Of a stretch of 42,324 bases of DNA, positions 34,707 to 42,324 are shown piece by piece. This DNA comes from a virus. Lineage: Duplodnaviria; Caudoviricetes. Each line of letters begins with the position of its first letter. Position 1 is the stretch's first letter. Position numbers and translations under genes: made by a program. The stretch lies in the IMG/VR virus record IMGVR_UViG_3300032212_000037, positions 1-42,324 of that record. The stretch is one strand, 5' to 3'. Below the pieces are notes generated by a model that ran no database searches, was not told the DNA's origin, and worked only from the letters and a program-made list of their open reading frames with translations.

Positions 34707-35629
34707 TAGAACGCCCCCTCCGGATCACCCCCGCCATCGGGGAACATCTCCCCAGCGGGCACCGTTTCGGCTTCCGGCTCCGTGACCTCCAGCCGCTCGG
34801 GGGCGCTGTCGACGACCTGGCGGGCGCCGGCCATGATCGCCTCGTTTGTGGTCTTCGCCTTCACCTCCGCCGCAGCCTCTCGGAAGTGGTCCTCGACGGT
34901 GGCCATGTTGTCCCGGATGGATTCGTAGATCCCCCGGAGCGTAACAAGGTCTTGCTCGGTGGTGCGCTCGACCGGGTGCCCAAGGCGCTTCGAGATCATC
35001 TCGCCGGTTACGTTCATGGACTGAAACGCCGAGACCATCGAGCGAATGCGGTCGGCGATCGGCTCGCTGTGGCCGGAGGCCAGAGTCTTCCCGCATTGGT
35101 CGACGGCGGCTTCGACGACATCGCCGGGGATGACCCCCAGCACGCACGCGCGCAACCTTCGAGCCCCCTGGTTCGCCACCAGCTCGTAGATGTCGCGTGG
35201 GTCCGTCAGGGGCTTGACGCCTTGGCGGGTGTGGCGCTCGTGAGGCACCTGGAAGACCTTCGTTTGGCGGGTGTTCGTCTCCAGGTCCCAGGCGTACGCC
35301 ATGACCGTGGATTCTCCCGCGCGCTGCTCGAGCTCCACGATCCCGAAGTCCAGGTTCCCCCAGTTCTGAGCGATCGCCTCGGCGAGGCGAATGGAAGGCC
35401 CCCGGACGGTCTCGCGCCCCCTCGGGTAGCTGTAGATCGACCTCTCGGCCAGCGAGCGCCGCTGGCAGGACTCCATGATCCTGGCGAAGGCTTGCGTTGA
35501 GTTTCGGGGGAACCGCTGCGCCACGATCATTGCCGCCTGCACCTCCTGCGCTGCCCTGGTCTGCGCCACGCCGACAGCCGCGTTGGACCCCTGGTTTGCC
35601 ACGGCGGGGATGTTCTCTTGCTCGGTCAC
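34706..35629 (-). CDS. Putative single-strand annealing recombinase (RecT-like partner of YqaJ)
   Basis: AQRFPR...YSYPRG...GPSIRLAE.IAQNWGN...WDLETN family, commonly adjacent to YqaJ exonucleases. Confidence 0.75.
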   Translation of the reverse strand: MTEQENIPAVANQGSNAAVGVAQTRAAQEVQAAMIVAQRFPRNSTQAFARIMESCQRRSLAERSIYSYPRGRETVRGPSIRLAEAIAQNWGNLDFGIVELEQRAGESTVMAYAWDLETNTRQTKVFQVPHERHTRQGVKPLTDPRDIYELVANQGARRLRACVLGVIPGDVVEAAVDQCGKTLASGHSEPIADRIRSMVSAFQSMNVTGEMISKRLGHPVERTTEQDLVTLRGIYESIRDNMATVEDHFREAAAEVKAKTTNEAIMAGARQVVDSAPERLEVTEPEAETVPAGEMFPDGGGDPEGAF

Positions 35630-36531
35630 GCCACACCCTCCTTGCTCTGCATCTGCTCGACGATGCGCTTACCCGCGCTTGACAGCCGGAACACCCGGTT
35701 GCCGTTCTTGTTCGCTCGCCAGGTGAAGACGGTTTCTCCGTTCACGGTGGCCTCGGTGGCTTCACCCATGCGCCGCTGCAGTTCTAGCTTCGACTCGTCT
35801 AGGTGTCTATCAGTGATTTGCTTTGCCGCAGCCCTGTGGCCGTAATGCGCTAAGGCGTCTCGGCTTACCTCCACAGACCCCCCGCGCTTCTCCTGCCACC
35901 GATACTGGTAGTTCGGTAGATCCTTCGCGGTCGGATCGGGCTCGATCTGGCGCTGGACCTGACCCCAGAAGGCGTCCACGGCCTCGGCCATGGCGTCGAT
36001 CTCTCCCTGGTTCCTGTCGACGTAGTGCAGCACCAGCCTGTTCCCGCCGATGAGGGCTGCGATGGCTGCGCGCTGGAGGCCAGAACAGTGCAGCTGCCAC
36101 TGGCACTGGACGTAGTACGCGGCGGGCGGGGCGTCTCCCAGCCACTCGTCACGCATGTACTCGCCGACATTCTTCAACTCCAGGTCGAGCAGCGGGCCGC
36201 CGATGCCTTGGTCCCACTCCGCGTCCAGGGTCGCGCGCTGGTGGGGCTTGTCGAGGGGGCCGACGCATCGGTCTCCGCATCGGGCGACCTTGCCGCCGTG
36301 CTCTTCCTGGACAGCCTCAGCGATCACGGACTCCATCCGCTGCCCCCAAAGCATCTGCTCGGTTTCCTCCACCGCAGGCAGCTTGCCCAGCTTCCGCATC
36401 CACAGCTCCCACCGCGACCCGTAGGCCCCGGGGATGTTGAGCACGGATGCGACTTCGGACGCGCCGATGAAGTTCTTTCGGTCGGCCAGCCAGGCGGCGC
36501 GGTCGGGGTAGTCGTAGGTTGTGAGTTTCAC
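35626..36531 (-). CDS. YqaJ/lambda-exonuclease-family recombination exonuclease
   Basis: WLADRKNFIGASE, WG..ME, ATLD, LELKN, YYVQCQWQL. Confidence 0.92.
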   Translation of the reverse strand: MKLTTYDYPDRAAWLADRKNFIGASEVASVLNIPGAYGSRWELWMRKLGKLPAVEETEQMLWGQRMESVIAEAVQEEHGGKVARCGDRCVGPLDKPHQRATLDAEWDQGIGGPLLDLELKNVGEYMRDEWLGDAPPAAYYVQCQWQLHCSGLQRAAIAALIGGNRLVLHYVDRNQGEIDAMAEAVDAFWGQVQRQIEPDPTAKDLPNYQYRWQEKRGGSVEVSRDALAHYGHRAAAKQITDRHLDESKLELQRRMGEATEATVNGETVFTWRANKNGNRVFRLSSAGKRIVEQMQSKEGVA

Positions 36532-37106
36532 GCCACCACCTCCAGCTCCCGCTCGGCAGCCTCCGCGACCAACGCGACCGACATCAGAGACCGAAGCGAC
36601 TTCCGGGCCGGCCAGAACGGATCCATGTGCCGCGCCGTCCAGTCCGAACCGTTCCTCTCAATCTCGTCCTGCCAGAGCGTGCGCACCATCTCCAGGCGCT
36701 CCCAGGATGTAGTCAGGTAGAAGAGGCTGGCCGCCCGCTTGTCGTCGCACACCCACTGACGCACGTCGTCCAGAAGGTGCTCAAGGGCGCCGACGAGCGA
36801 GAGGCATCGGCTGGCCTCGACTCCGGGCTCGGCGTGGTCGGGCGCCTCGGCGATGACTCTGCTCGCGTCCTCCAGGTACTCGCGGAGCATCTTGACGACG
36901 GTCCGCTGGATGTGCGCCCCTTTCGCGGCTTTGTTGAAGTCGAGCAGATCAACGATCGGCAAGGATGCAGCCGTCCCGTACCGCTCGCCCTCGTCGGCGT
37001 AGTGCTCGAGGATCGTGATGCCGTTGCGCTTGGCCGACGCCCCACACGCCCGGAGCATCGTCCACCCGTCCCGCGTCATTCCGTGCTGGTTTCTGCTGTA
37101 ACTCAT
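36528..37106 (-). CDS. Hypothetical protein (192 aa), first gene of the leftward early operon
   Basis: ATG start; GTGA coupling to yqaJ-like gene. Confidence 0.65.
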   Translation of the reverse strand: MSYSRNQHGMTRDGWTMLRACGASAKRNGITILEHYADEGERYGTAASLPIVDLLDFNKAAKGAHIQRTVVKMLREYLEDASRVIAEAPDHAEPGVEASRCLSLVGALEHLLDDVRQWVCDDKRAASLFYLTTSWERLEMVRTLWQDEIERNGSDWTARHMDPFWPARKSLRSLMSVALVAEAAERELEVVA

Positions 37107-37255
37107 GGTTTCCCTGGTTCGCGGCAGCCTGGCCGCGTAAGTCGTATCTCCTGGGGCGACATTACGCCCCGCTAGAGGATGTGTCGACCAGAAACGTGGT
37201 GCCCCTGGACAGTGAATAGCGCCAAGGCTCGCATCCGTTTGGCACGCTAGGGGTT
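37107..37255. promoter_or_regulatory. Divergent early control region with inverted repeats
   Basis: Only divergent junction in the genome; cgcggc-agcctg-gccgcg and ggggcg-acatta-cgcccc; no clear -35/-10. Confidence 0.5.
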
Positions 37256-37714
37256 ATGGCAAGCGAGGAACCATGCGAAATCGAGACCGCCGAGCTCGTC
37301 GACCGGCTCCTGACGATCCGGGCCAAGCTCTACCAGCTCGCCGACTTCTTCCCGGAGCAGCAGGGCGGGGGCAGCGCCATCCCAGCTGGAGCCCTGGGGG
37401 TCGCCTTTGCCGCCTACCAGGAAGAAGTCTGCGACATCGTGGAGCGACTCGAGGCCATGCACCCGCCCGACGATCGCGGCAAAGACTTCGACTGGGGCTA
37501 TGCCGACGAGCATATGGCCCAGTGGTGCCTCTATGAGGTCCGGGGCCTTGGGATCGCCCCTGGCGGCACCTGGCTCGGGAATGAGGAGATGGCCCGCAGG
37601 ATGACGCCGGCCCGCCGTAGGGGCTACGTGGACGCCGAGCAGCTCGACCTGGATCGGTGGCGGTTCACGCTGACCGAGCCGGGAGCCGTGGCGCTGGGGA
37701 TTATGGCGCCCTGA
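37256..37714 (+). CDS. Hypothetical protein (152 aa)
   Basis: ATG start; host-like codon bias; first rightward early gene. Confidence 0.65.
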   Translation: MASEEPCEIETAELVDRLLTIRAKLYQLADFFPEQQGGGSAIPAGALGVAFAAYQEEVCDIVERLEAMHPPDDRGKDFDWGYADEHMAQWCLYEVRGLGIAPGGTWLGNEEMARRMTPARRRGYVDAEQLDLDRWRFTLTEPGAVALGIMAP

Positions 37715-37754
37715 TCGGGCTTGTATCTCTCCGCAGCCGCTCGCTAGAGTGAAG

Positions 37755-37800
37755 AGGCCCCAGCCAGGTTCCCCTGTTGTCGCAGGGGGGGCTGGGGCCT
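37755..37800 (+). promoter_or_regulatory. Long hairpin upstream of the replication initiator
   Basis: Perfect 11-bp aggccccagcc/ggctggggcct stem plus inner cccctg/cagggg. Confidence 0.5.
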
Positions 37801-37841
37801 GAACGCAACTGGCTAGACCGCAGCCTAGCCGACGTGTTCCG

Positions 37842-38741
37842 ATGTCGCAACTGACTGCGCAGAGGTACGCAATGGCGAAGAACGCCAAGAACGGCCGCAA
37901 GCAACCGCTCCCGTCGTTTCAGTTCTACCCCGGCGATTACGTGGGGTCTGGCAGGGTTCAGCGCATGTCCTGGGCTGAGCGTGGGGTTTACATGCACATA
38001 CTCTGCAGATGCTGGCAGGAAGGCGGCTGGCTGTCGCTGGACGAGGATTCAATGTCCGACGCCTTGGGGTGCGACCCCGAAGAGGTTGCCGACCTGATAA
38101 CCCCGAGGGTTCTGCGAGCCTTCGCGGAGGATGACGAGGGCAGGATCGCGTCCCCCCGGATGCTCCGCGAGCTAGGGGTGGCAGAAGACTTCCGCGAGCG
38201 CATGGCAGAGGCTGGCAAGCTGGGCGGCAAGGCTAAGGCAAGGCTAGCTAAAGCTAAGCCTTCGCTAGCAGAGGCTAAGCCTAGCCTAGCCAAGGCTGCC
38301 TCCCATCCCACCCCATCCCGCCCCATCCCATCCCATCCCATCCCATCCCCAGGGGGTGTGGGGGAGGCAAGCTCCCCCCCGCCGGCCAAGCCGGCTCCCG
38401 TTGCCCGCGGACGAGCAAAGGTCCAAGAGTGGGATCGGCTCGTCCTAGATCCTGAGTTCTCCAGCCTCATCGACAGCCCGAAGGCTGACCCGCTCCGAGA
38501 GTGGATCGATCACCTCGCGGACCGGCTTCACAAGGCGCACACCGCGACTGGGGTCCGGCGCTGCCTCCGGCGCATCGTCGAGATGACCCCGGGGCAGTTC
38601 CAGGCGGCGGTTGAGCACTCGGTCTCGAACAACTACCAGGGGCTCTACGAGGACAAGGGGCGCCAAGCCCCATCCGGCTCCAAAGACTTCTTCCAGCAAC
38701 TCAAGGACGGTGACGTGGTGATCGACGGGGGTGCGGCGTGA
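37842..38741 (+). CDS. Replication initiator, DUF1376/YdaU-like N-terminus
   Basis: PSFQFYPGDY...MS.AERGVY..IL...W; SPRM..E; low-complexity linker; C-terminal SVSNNYQGL. Confidence 0.8.
   Translation: MSQLTAQRYAMAKNAKNGRKQPLPSFQFYPGDYVGSGRVQRMSWAERGVYMHILCRCWQEGGWLSLDEDSMSDALGCDPEEVADLITPRVLRAFAEDDEGRIASPRMLRELGVAEDFRERMAEAGKLGGKAKARLAKAKPSLAEAKPSLAKAASHPTPSRPIPSHPIPSPGGVGEASSPPPAKPAPVARGRAKVQEWDRLVLDPEFSSLIDSPKADPLREWIDHLADRLHKAHTATGVRRCLRRIVEMTPGQFQAAVEHSVSNNYQGLYEDKGRQAPSGSKDFFQQLKDGDVVIDGGAA
38231..38350 (+). repeat. Iteron-like repeats inside the initiator gene (candidate origin)
   Basis: Repeated gctaag/ctagc units (AKAKPSL/AEAKPSL) then a ccatc pentamer run. Confidence 0.5.
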
Positions 38742-38977
38742 GCGGCGGTCGTAAACGGCGGAAGCTGCACCTGCCCGGAGGGGGCGGGGATGTCGAGCTG
38801 GCGCTTTGCGGGTCACTAGTTAGCGGTCGTGTCCGGACGACCCACAGGGTCGGCGATGTCACGTGCCCGCGCTGCCTAGCCGCCGAACTGTTCAAAGCAG
38901 AGCGCAGGCTGCGCGCCGTGAAGGTTCAAGCTAGCCTCGTCGGCATTTCCGCTAGAGCGAAGGGTGACGCAACGTGA
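38738..38977 (+). CDS. Small putative Zn-binding protein
   Basis: H...LCG...VTCPRCL. Confidence 0.6.
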   Translation: MSGGRKRRKLHLPGGGGDVELALCGSLVSGRVRTTHRVGDVTCPRCLAAELFKAERRLRAVKVQASLVGISARAKGDAT

Positions 38978-39531
38978 TCCCCCACGTAGCCGCCACCGTC
39001 GCTAGCCTCCAGGCAGCCTACGGGTCCCGCTTCCGGTTCGACCCAAGCCACGCGGCGATATGGGACCGCTTGCTCGGCGAGTTCACCAGGGACCGACTAC
39101 AGGCCGCCACGTTGCGCGTGATCGACTCGCACCGCCACGGGGCCCCGGGAGCCGCCGAGATCCGCCAGGCCGTCCTGGGCTGCTGGGAGGCCCGCAAGAC
39201 CGCGCGAACCGATTGCAACCTCAACCCGGCGCCGCAGACCCTCGGCTGGGTTGTGCTCACCTGCCTGGTAGACCCGACATCCGGCCAGGTGATTCGAGCC
39301 TTCAACCCGGGCGGGGACCTGGTGGAGTGGCCGAATCAGCGGGTTCTGACGGCTGCGGCGGACGTACCGGAGGCGCTCATGCCGCCGAGCTCGCCGGCCC
39401 AGGTGGCTGCGGTGCGGGATAGCGAGCAGCTCGAAGGGCCGGGGCGGGTGGATTTCGCCCAAGCTATCGAGGCGCCTAACCTCCACCCACATCCCGACTT
39501 GGCTGCCCAGCGGTACAAGTCCCAGGAATAG
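38974..39531 (+). CDS. Putative helicase loader/inhibitor-like protein
   Basis: AAY...IWDRLL.EF......A......P..AEIR; follows the initiator. Confidence 0.5.
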   Translation: MIPHVAATVASLQAAYGSRFRFDPSHAAIWDRLLGEFTRDRLQAATLRVIDSHRHGAPGAAEIRQAVLGCWEARKTARTDCNLNPAPQTLGWVVLTCLVDPTSGQVIRAFNPGGDLVEWPNQRVLTAAADVPEALMPPSSPAQVAAVRDSEQLEGPGRVDFAQAIEAPNLHPHPDLAAQRYKSQE

Positions 39532-39609
39532 GGCTGGCTACGGAGCGATACTGCCGATCTAGTGGGTACAGACGAGGCCGAGAGGCCGCTAACCACAACC
39601 GGAGAGATC

Positions 39610-39915
39610 ATGAAGACTATCAAGCTCGATGACGTGGAGTATGTCCGCGCCGACCAACTCCCCGCGCCCGTCGAGGGCAACCGCGAAATCGTCGTAGCCG
39701 ATAACGGCTGGGTATTCGTCGGGGATGTGACGCCCGCTGACGGGGCTATCCGTATCGAGAACTGCTACAACGTCCGCAGATGGGAGGGCGGGTTCGGTTT
39801 GCTCACCGCCGACCCTGAAAAGGCGAAAGTCAAGCTCGATGCCTGCCGCTCCCTGAAAGTCCCGAACACCCGCGTCGTTTTCCGGGTTCCGGTTCCTGAC
39901 GGTTGGGCGAAGTGA
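39610..39915 (+). CDS. DUF6948-like conserved phage protein
   Basis: IDDVEYVRAD-like start, IVVADNGWVFVG, ENCYNVRRW; GGAG SD. Confidence 0.6.
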   Translation: MKTIKLDDVEYVRADQLPAPVEGNREIVVADNGWVFVGDVTPADGAIRIENCYNVRRWEGGFGLLTADPEKAKVKLDACRSLKVPNTRVVFRVPVPDGWAK

Positions 39916-40133
39916 TCGGCTACGGCTACGGCAACGGCTACGGCTACGGCTACGGCTACGGCGACGGCGACGGCTACGGCAACGGCTACGGCTACGGCTA
40001 CGGCTACGGCGACGGCTACGGCAACGGCAACGGCAACGGCGACGGCGACGGCTACGGCTACGGCTACGGCGACGGCTACGGCGACGGCTGCCTCCCAATC
40101 GCAACTATAGAGGCGCCGGAAGGCACAGTATGA
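39912..40133 (+). CDS. Gly-Tyr/Asn/Asp repeat protein (73 aa)
   Basis: GTGA-coupled to the upstream gene; (G-[YND])28. Confidence 0.7.
   Translation: MIGYGYGNGYGYGYGYGDGDGYGNGYGYGYGYGDGYGNGNGNGDGDGYGYGYGDGYGDGCLPIATIEAPEGTV
39918..40085 (+). repeat. 28 tandem GGC(T/A/G)AC hexamers
   Basis: Read directly; only one position varies. Confidence 0.95.
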
Positions 40134-40438
40134 GTATTAAATCTGAGCGTCGAGCAGAGCTGCGCGCCAAGGCCCTGCGGTTACTCGCCGAGCGGCCGTT
40201 CCGAATCCTGCCGGGTGGCTGGCAGTTCGGGCCCGTCGAATCCATCATGGGGCCGTTCATTCACAGGTCGACCATGAAAGCAATGTGGGATGAGGGGCTT
40301 CTTAAGTCGAGTGAGCCGGATCGTTCCTGGTCGGCGGGCGAGATCACACTCGCTGAGTGCGACCACTACACCCGCGCGGTAATCGACCCAAAGACCGGCG
40401 TCTGTAACGGATGCGGGGAGGTGCCCTGTGCCTCATAA
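40130..40438 (+). CDS. Hypothetical protein with C-terminal Zn-ribbon
   Basis: CDH...CNGCG; ATGA coupling. Confidence 0.6.
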   Translation: MSIKSERRAELRAKALRLLAERPFRILPGGWQFGPVESIMGPFIHRSTMKAMWDEGLLKSSEPDRSWSAGEITLAECDHYTRAVIDPKTGVCNGCGEVPCAS

Positions 40439-40508
40439 CGTTCTCGCCATGTTTGGCGTCTGGGTTGCCATCATCGTCACAATCTTTTTGGGGGCCGACC
40501 ATGCCTGA
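40428..40508 (+). CDS. Hydrophobic microprotein (26 aa)
   Basis: GGAGG SD; MPHNVLAMFGVWVAIIVTIFLGADHA. Confidence 0.4.
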   Translation: MPHNVLAMFGVWVAIIVTIFLGADHA

Positions 40509-40563
40509 TCCGTTCTTCATCGTTGGAATCATCAAGTGGCTGATCGAACAGGGGGTGATCTAG
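40501..40563 (+). CDS. Hydrophobic microprotein (20 aa)
   Basis: MPDPFFIVGIIKWLIEQGVI; stop overlaps next GTG. Confidence 0.35.
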   Translation: MPDPFFIVGIIKWLIEQGVI

Positions 40564-40814
40564 TGAGCAAGCAAGACAGGAGCGGCGGGCAGGCGTTCCC
40601 GCGCGCAGGGTTCGAGGGCGATTCCATGTTCTCAAATCCGCGAGGGGGCATGACCCTCCGGGCGTACTTCGCGGGGAGTCTCGTCGCGGGCGAGATGGCG
40701 ACGGGTGATGGGATACCAATCACCAGCAAGTACATCGGGGCAGCCTTCGACCTCGCAGAAGCCATGGTCGCCGAGGAGCTGCGGCGGCAGGAAGCGGAAG
40801 GGGGCGCGTCGTGA
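40563..40814 (+). CDS. Conserved phage hypothetical protein
   Basis: GGQAFP...GMTLRAYFAG...AFDLAEAM motif frequent in phage early regions. Confidence 0.75.
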   Translation: MSKQDRSGGQAFPRAGFEGDSMFSNPRGGMTLRAYFAGSLVAGEMATGDGIPITSKYIGAAFDLAEAMVAEELRRQEAEGGAS

Positions 40815-40999
40815 CCTGGCGCAAGGTCTCCGACGAGGCGCCGCCGAAGGATGGGCGCTGGGTGGTGTCCCACGGCGTGTCACTCCCGCCTTTACTTGGC
40901 GTCCACACTTGGATTCGGGTCGACCACGTTGCCCGCATCCCACTCCCCACTCCCCAAGCCCCTGGAGATCGAGGGGAGGTGAGCGGTGACCCTTCGTGA
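40811..40999 (+). CDS. DUF551-like small protein
   Basis: MTWRKVSDEAPPKDG...HVARIPLPTP. Confidence 0.5.
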   Translation: MTWRKVSDEAPPKDGRWVVSHGVSLPPLLGVHTWIRVDHVARIPLPTPQAPGDRGEVSGDPS

Positions 41000-41237
41000 T
41001 TCGAGCAAGAGAGAGTGGTCCAGTCGCAGCGACTTGAAGGGGATCAACGCAGGCAGCCTCCAGCGAATCGCAGAGCTGGAGGCGGAGAACGTCGCATTGC
41101 GCAAGCTCTGTGGCGAAGTGTGGGCTTGGGACCGCTCGCGAGAGCGCGAGTTCGGGAAGATCCCCGGGCCGCTGAATGTTGGGCTGCGTACGCGCCTCTA
41201 CTTCGCATCCAATGGGGAGGCCACCGATGGCGAGTGA
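40986..41237 (+). CDS. Hypothetical protein with RIAELEAE coiled coil
   Basis: GGAGG SD; overlaps neighbours. Confidence 0.55.
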   Translation: MTLRDSSKREWSSRSDLKGINAGSLQRIAELEAENVALRKLCGEVWAWDRSREREFGKIPGPLNVGLRTRLYFASNGEATDGE

Positions 41238-42171
41238 ATGGCAAGACGGGGAACTGGAGCAGATGGTCGGCGGCGAACGCCGTGACGCAAGGCGTCCGCT
41301 GCTTGAACGCATCGCCGAGCTGGAGGCCGAGCGGGACAAGGAGGCCTGGCTAGCGAAGACACTCAATCGCGGCATGATCTACCTTCGTCACGCGATGGAG
41401 ACCCGTTCCATCGATCGGATCTCGCGCACTTTCGGAGGCAATACACCGGAAGACTGGTGCGGCGTTGCCGACGCCCTTTCGGGCCTCATCTGCGACTATG
41501 ACAGCCTGATCGAAGAGCGCGACGAACTGGCCGGGAAGCTGGCCCAGGCCGATCGCGAGCGCGCCCTAGAGCGCAGCGCAACGAACCACGGCACCTATGC
41601 GATCTGCGCCAAGCACCCGAAAGAGTTCTCGATCGGTAAGCCTCGCGGTGCGCAGTGCCGGGAGTGTATGGCCGAGAAGCTGGCGAAGCTGTCCGCGTTT
41701 GTGGAGTCGGTCAGCAAGGCCGCGAACTGCCCCACCATGGACGGCCGCGCATTTGGTGATTGGGTCGAGCACGCAGCAGAGCACTACAACCGCGCGGACG
41801 ACAAGATCCTCTGGCACGAAGAGGCGGACAAGCTGGCCGAGAAGCTGGCGGTGGCGCGGGAGGCGTTGGAGAAGGCCGCAGCCGACCTGTCGCGGATGGG
41901 CGTCGATTGGCAGGGGAATACCTACAACCTCAAGGCCCAGGGCGGTCGCGGGCTTTTCCTGCGGACAACTCACGTTGACGCGCGATTGCGTGACGCCCTA
42001 GCCCAGCTCGCCCCCGAGGGCGGGGAAGATGAGGGGCCGGAGGGCTGCGACCTCTGCCGTTTCAGGTTCTGGGGGCCAGGCGCTTTGGACGACCCGCTTT
42101 CGAGCGCGGCTGGAGGTCGGCCCTATCGACCGTGCGACTGCGTGCTTGGGATCGGAGGCGACGATGACTGA
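41227..42171 (+). CDS. Mosaic coiled-coil/Cys-containing early protein (Ead/Ea22-like)
   Basis: RIAELEAE, repeated AEKLA, CAKH...CREC and CDLC...CDC. Confidence 0.6.
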   Translation: MASEWQDGELEQMVGGERRDARRPLLERIAELEAERDKEAWLAKTLNRGMIYLRHAMETRSIDRISRTFGGNTPEDWCGVADALSGLICDYDSLIEERDELAGKLAQADRERALERSATNHGTYAICAKHPKEFSIGKPRGAQCRECMAEKLAKLSAFVESVSKAANCPTMDGRAFGDWVEHAAEHYNRADDKILWHEEADKLAEKLAVAREALEKAAADLSRMGVDWQGNTYNLKAQGGRGLFLRTTHVDARLRDALAQLAPEGGEDEGPEGCDLCRFRFWGPGALDDPLSSAAGGRPYRPCDCVLGIGGDDD

Positions 42172-42324
42172 CGAAAACCGACTGATCGCACACACCCTCG
42201 GCTACGGCGCCGCCTTCTTGCTCGGGGGCATGGCCTTCCTCATGGCGAGGCCGCCCGAGATCGTGGTCGAGCCGGGTCCAACCGTCGTCCGCGTGCTCCC
42301 TTCACACAACCTCGACCCGTGGCG
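42164..42324 (+). CDS. Small membrane-anchored hypothetical protein spanning the circular junction (continues to 227; 86 aa)
   Basis: ATG at 42164 after GGAGG; MTDENRLIAHTLGYGAAFLLGGMAFLM is in frame with ORF 21..227; N-terminal hydrophobic helix. Confidence 0.75.
   Translation, partial: MTDENRLIAHTLGYGAAFLLGGMAFLMARPPEIVVEPGPTVVRVLPSHNLDPW
42198..42324. repeat. Second copy of the 127-bp terminal overlap
   Basis: Direct comparison with 1-127. Confidence 0.95.

Larger units (their letters stand above)
1..42324. mobile_element. Complete tailed dsDNA phage genome (siphovirus-like; HK97 head, lambda-like tail)
   Basis: Canonical order terminase-portal-protease-capsid-connector-tail tube-chaperone-tape measure-tip; recombination and replication modules; circular ends. 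Confidence 0.95.

Noticed and set aside
39918-40085. Repeat as CRISPR array or DGR variable region
   Set aside because: No spacers, no cas or reverse transcriptase gene, no template repeat
39589-40104. Arg/Ser-rich minus-strand ORF resembling an SR or protamine-like protein
   Set aside because: Reverse-frame reading of the hexamer repeat; opposes the operon direction
1-42324. Stop-codon reassignment
   Set aside because: TAG, TGA and TAA all end genes at tightly coupled junctions and coding density is high under the standard code

Overview
The window is an apparently complete, circularly assembled GC-rich siphovirus genome. Bases 1-127 are identical to 42198-42324, so the unit length is about 42,197 bp. 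It carries an HK97-type head module (small and large terminase, portal fused to a Mu-gpF-like domain, prohead protease, major capsid, two paralogous decoration proteins) and a lambda-like non-contractile tail (tube, chaperone with probable -1 frameshift, tape measure, gpM/L/K/I-J-like tip). It also has a lysis-like cluster with no recognisable endolysin, a minus-strand YqaJ exonuclease plus annealing-protein operon, and a DUF1376-like replication initiator followed by many small early genes. I found no integrase, repressor, tRNA or CRISPR array. The most unusual points are: an alpha/beta-hydrolase (esterase-like) domain fused to the tail terminator; extra domains grafted onto several tail proteins; a ~7 kb cargo island between terS and terL with a 692-aa orphan and a deviant metallophosphoesterase, bracketed by two paralogous small genes; a ~250-nt multibranched structured intergenic element; and a DUF6948-like gene coupled to a (G-Y/N/D)28 repeat peptide. 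All family assignments come from motif recognition by eye, not database searches.
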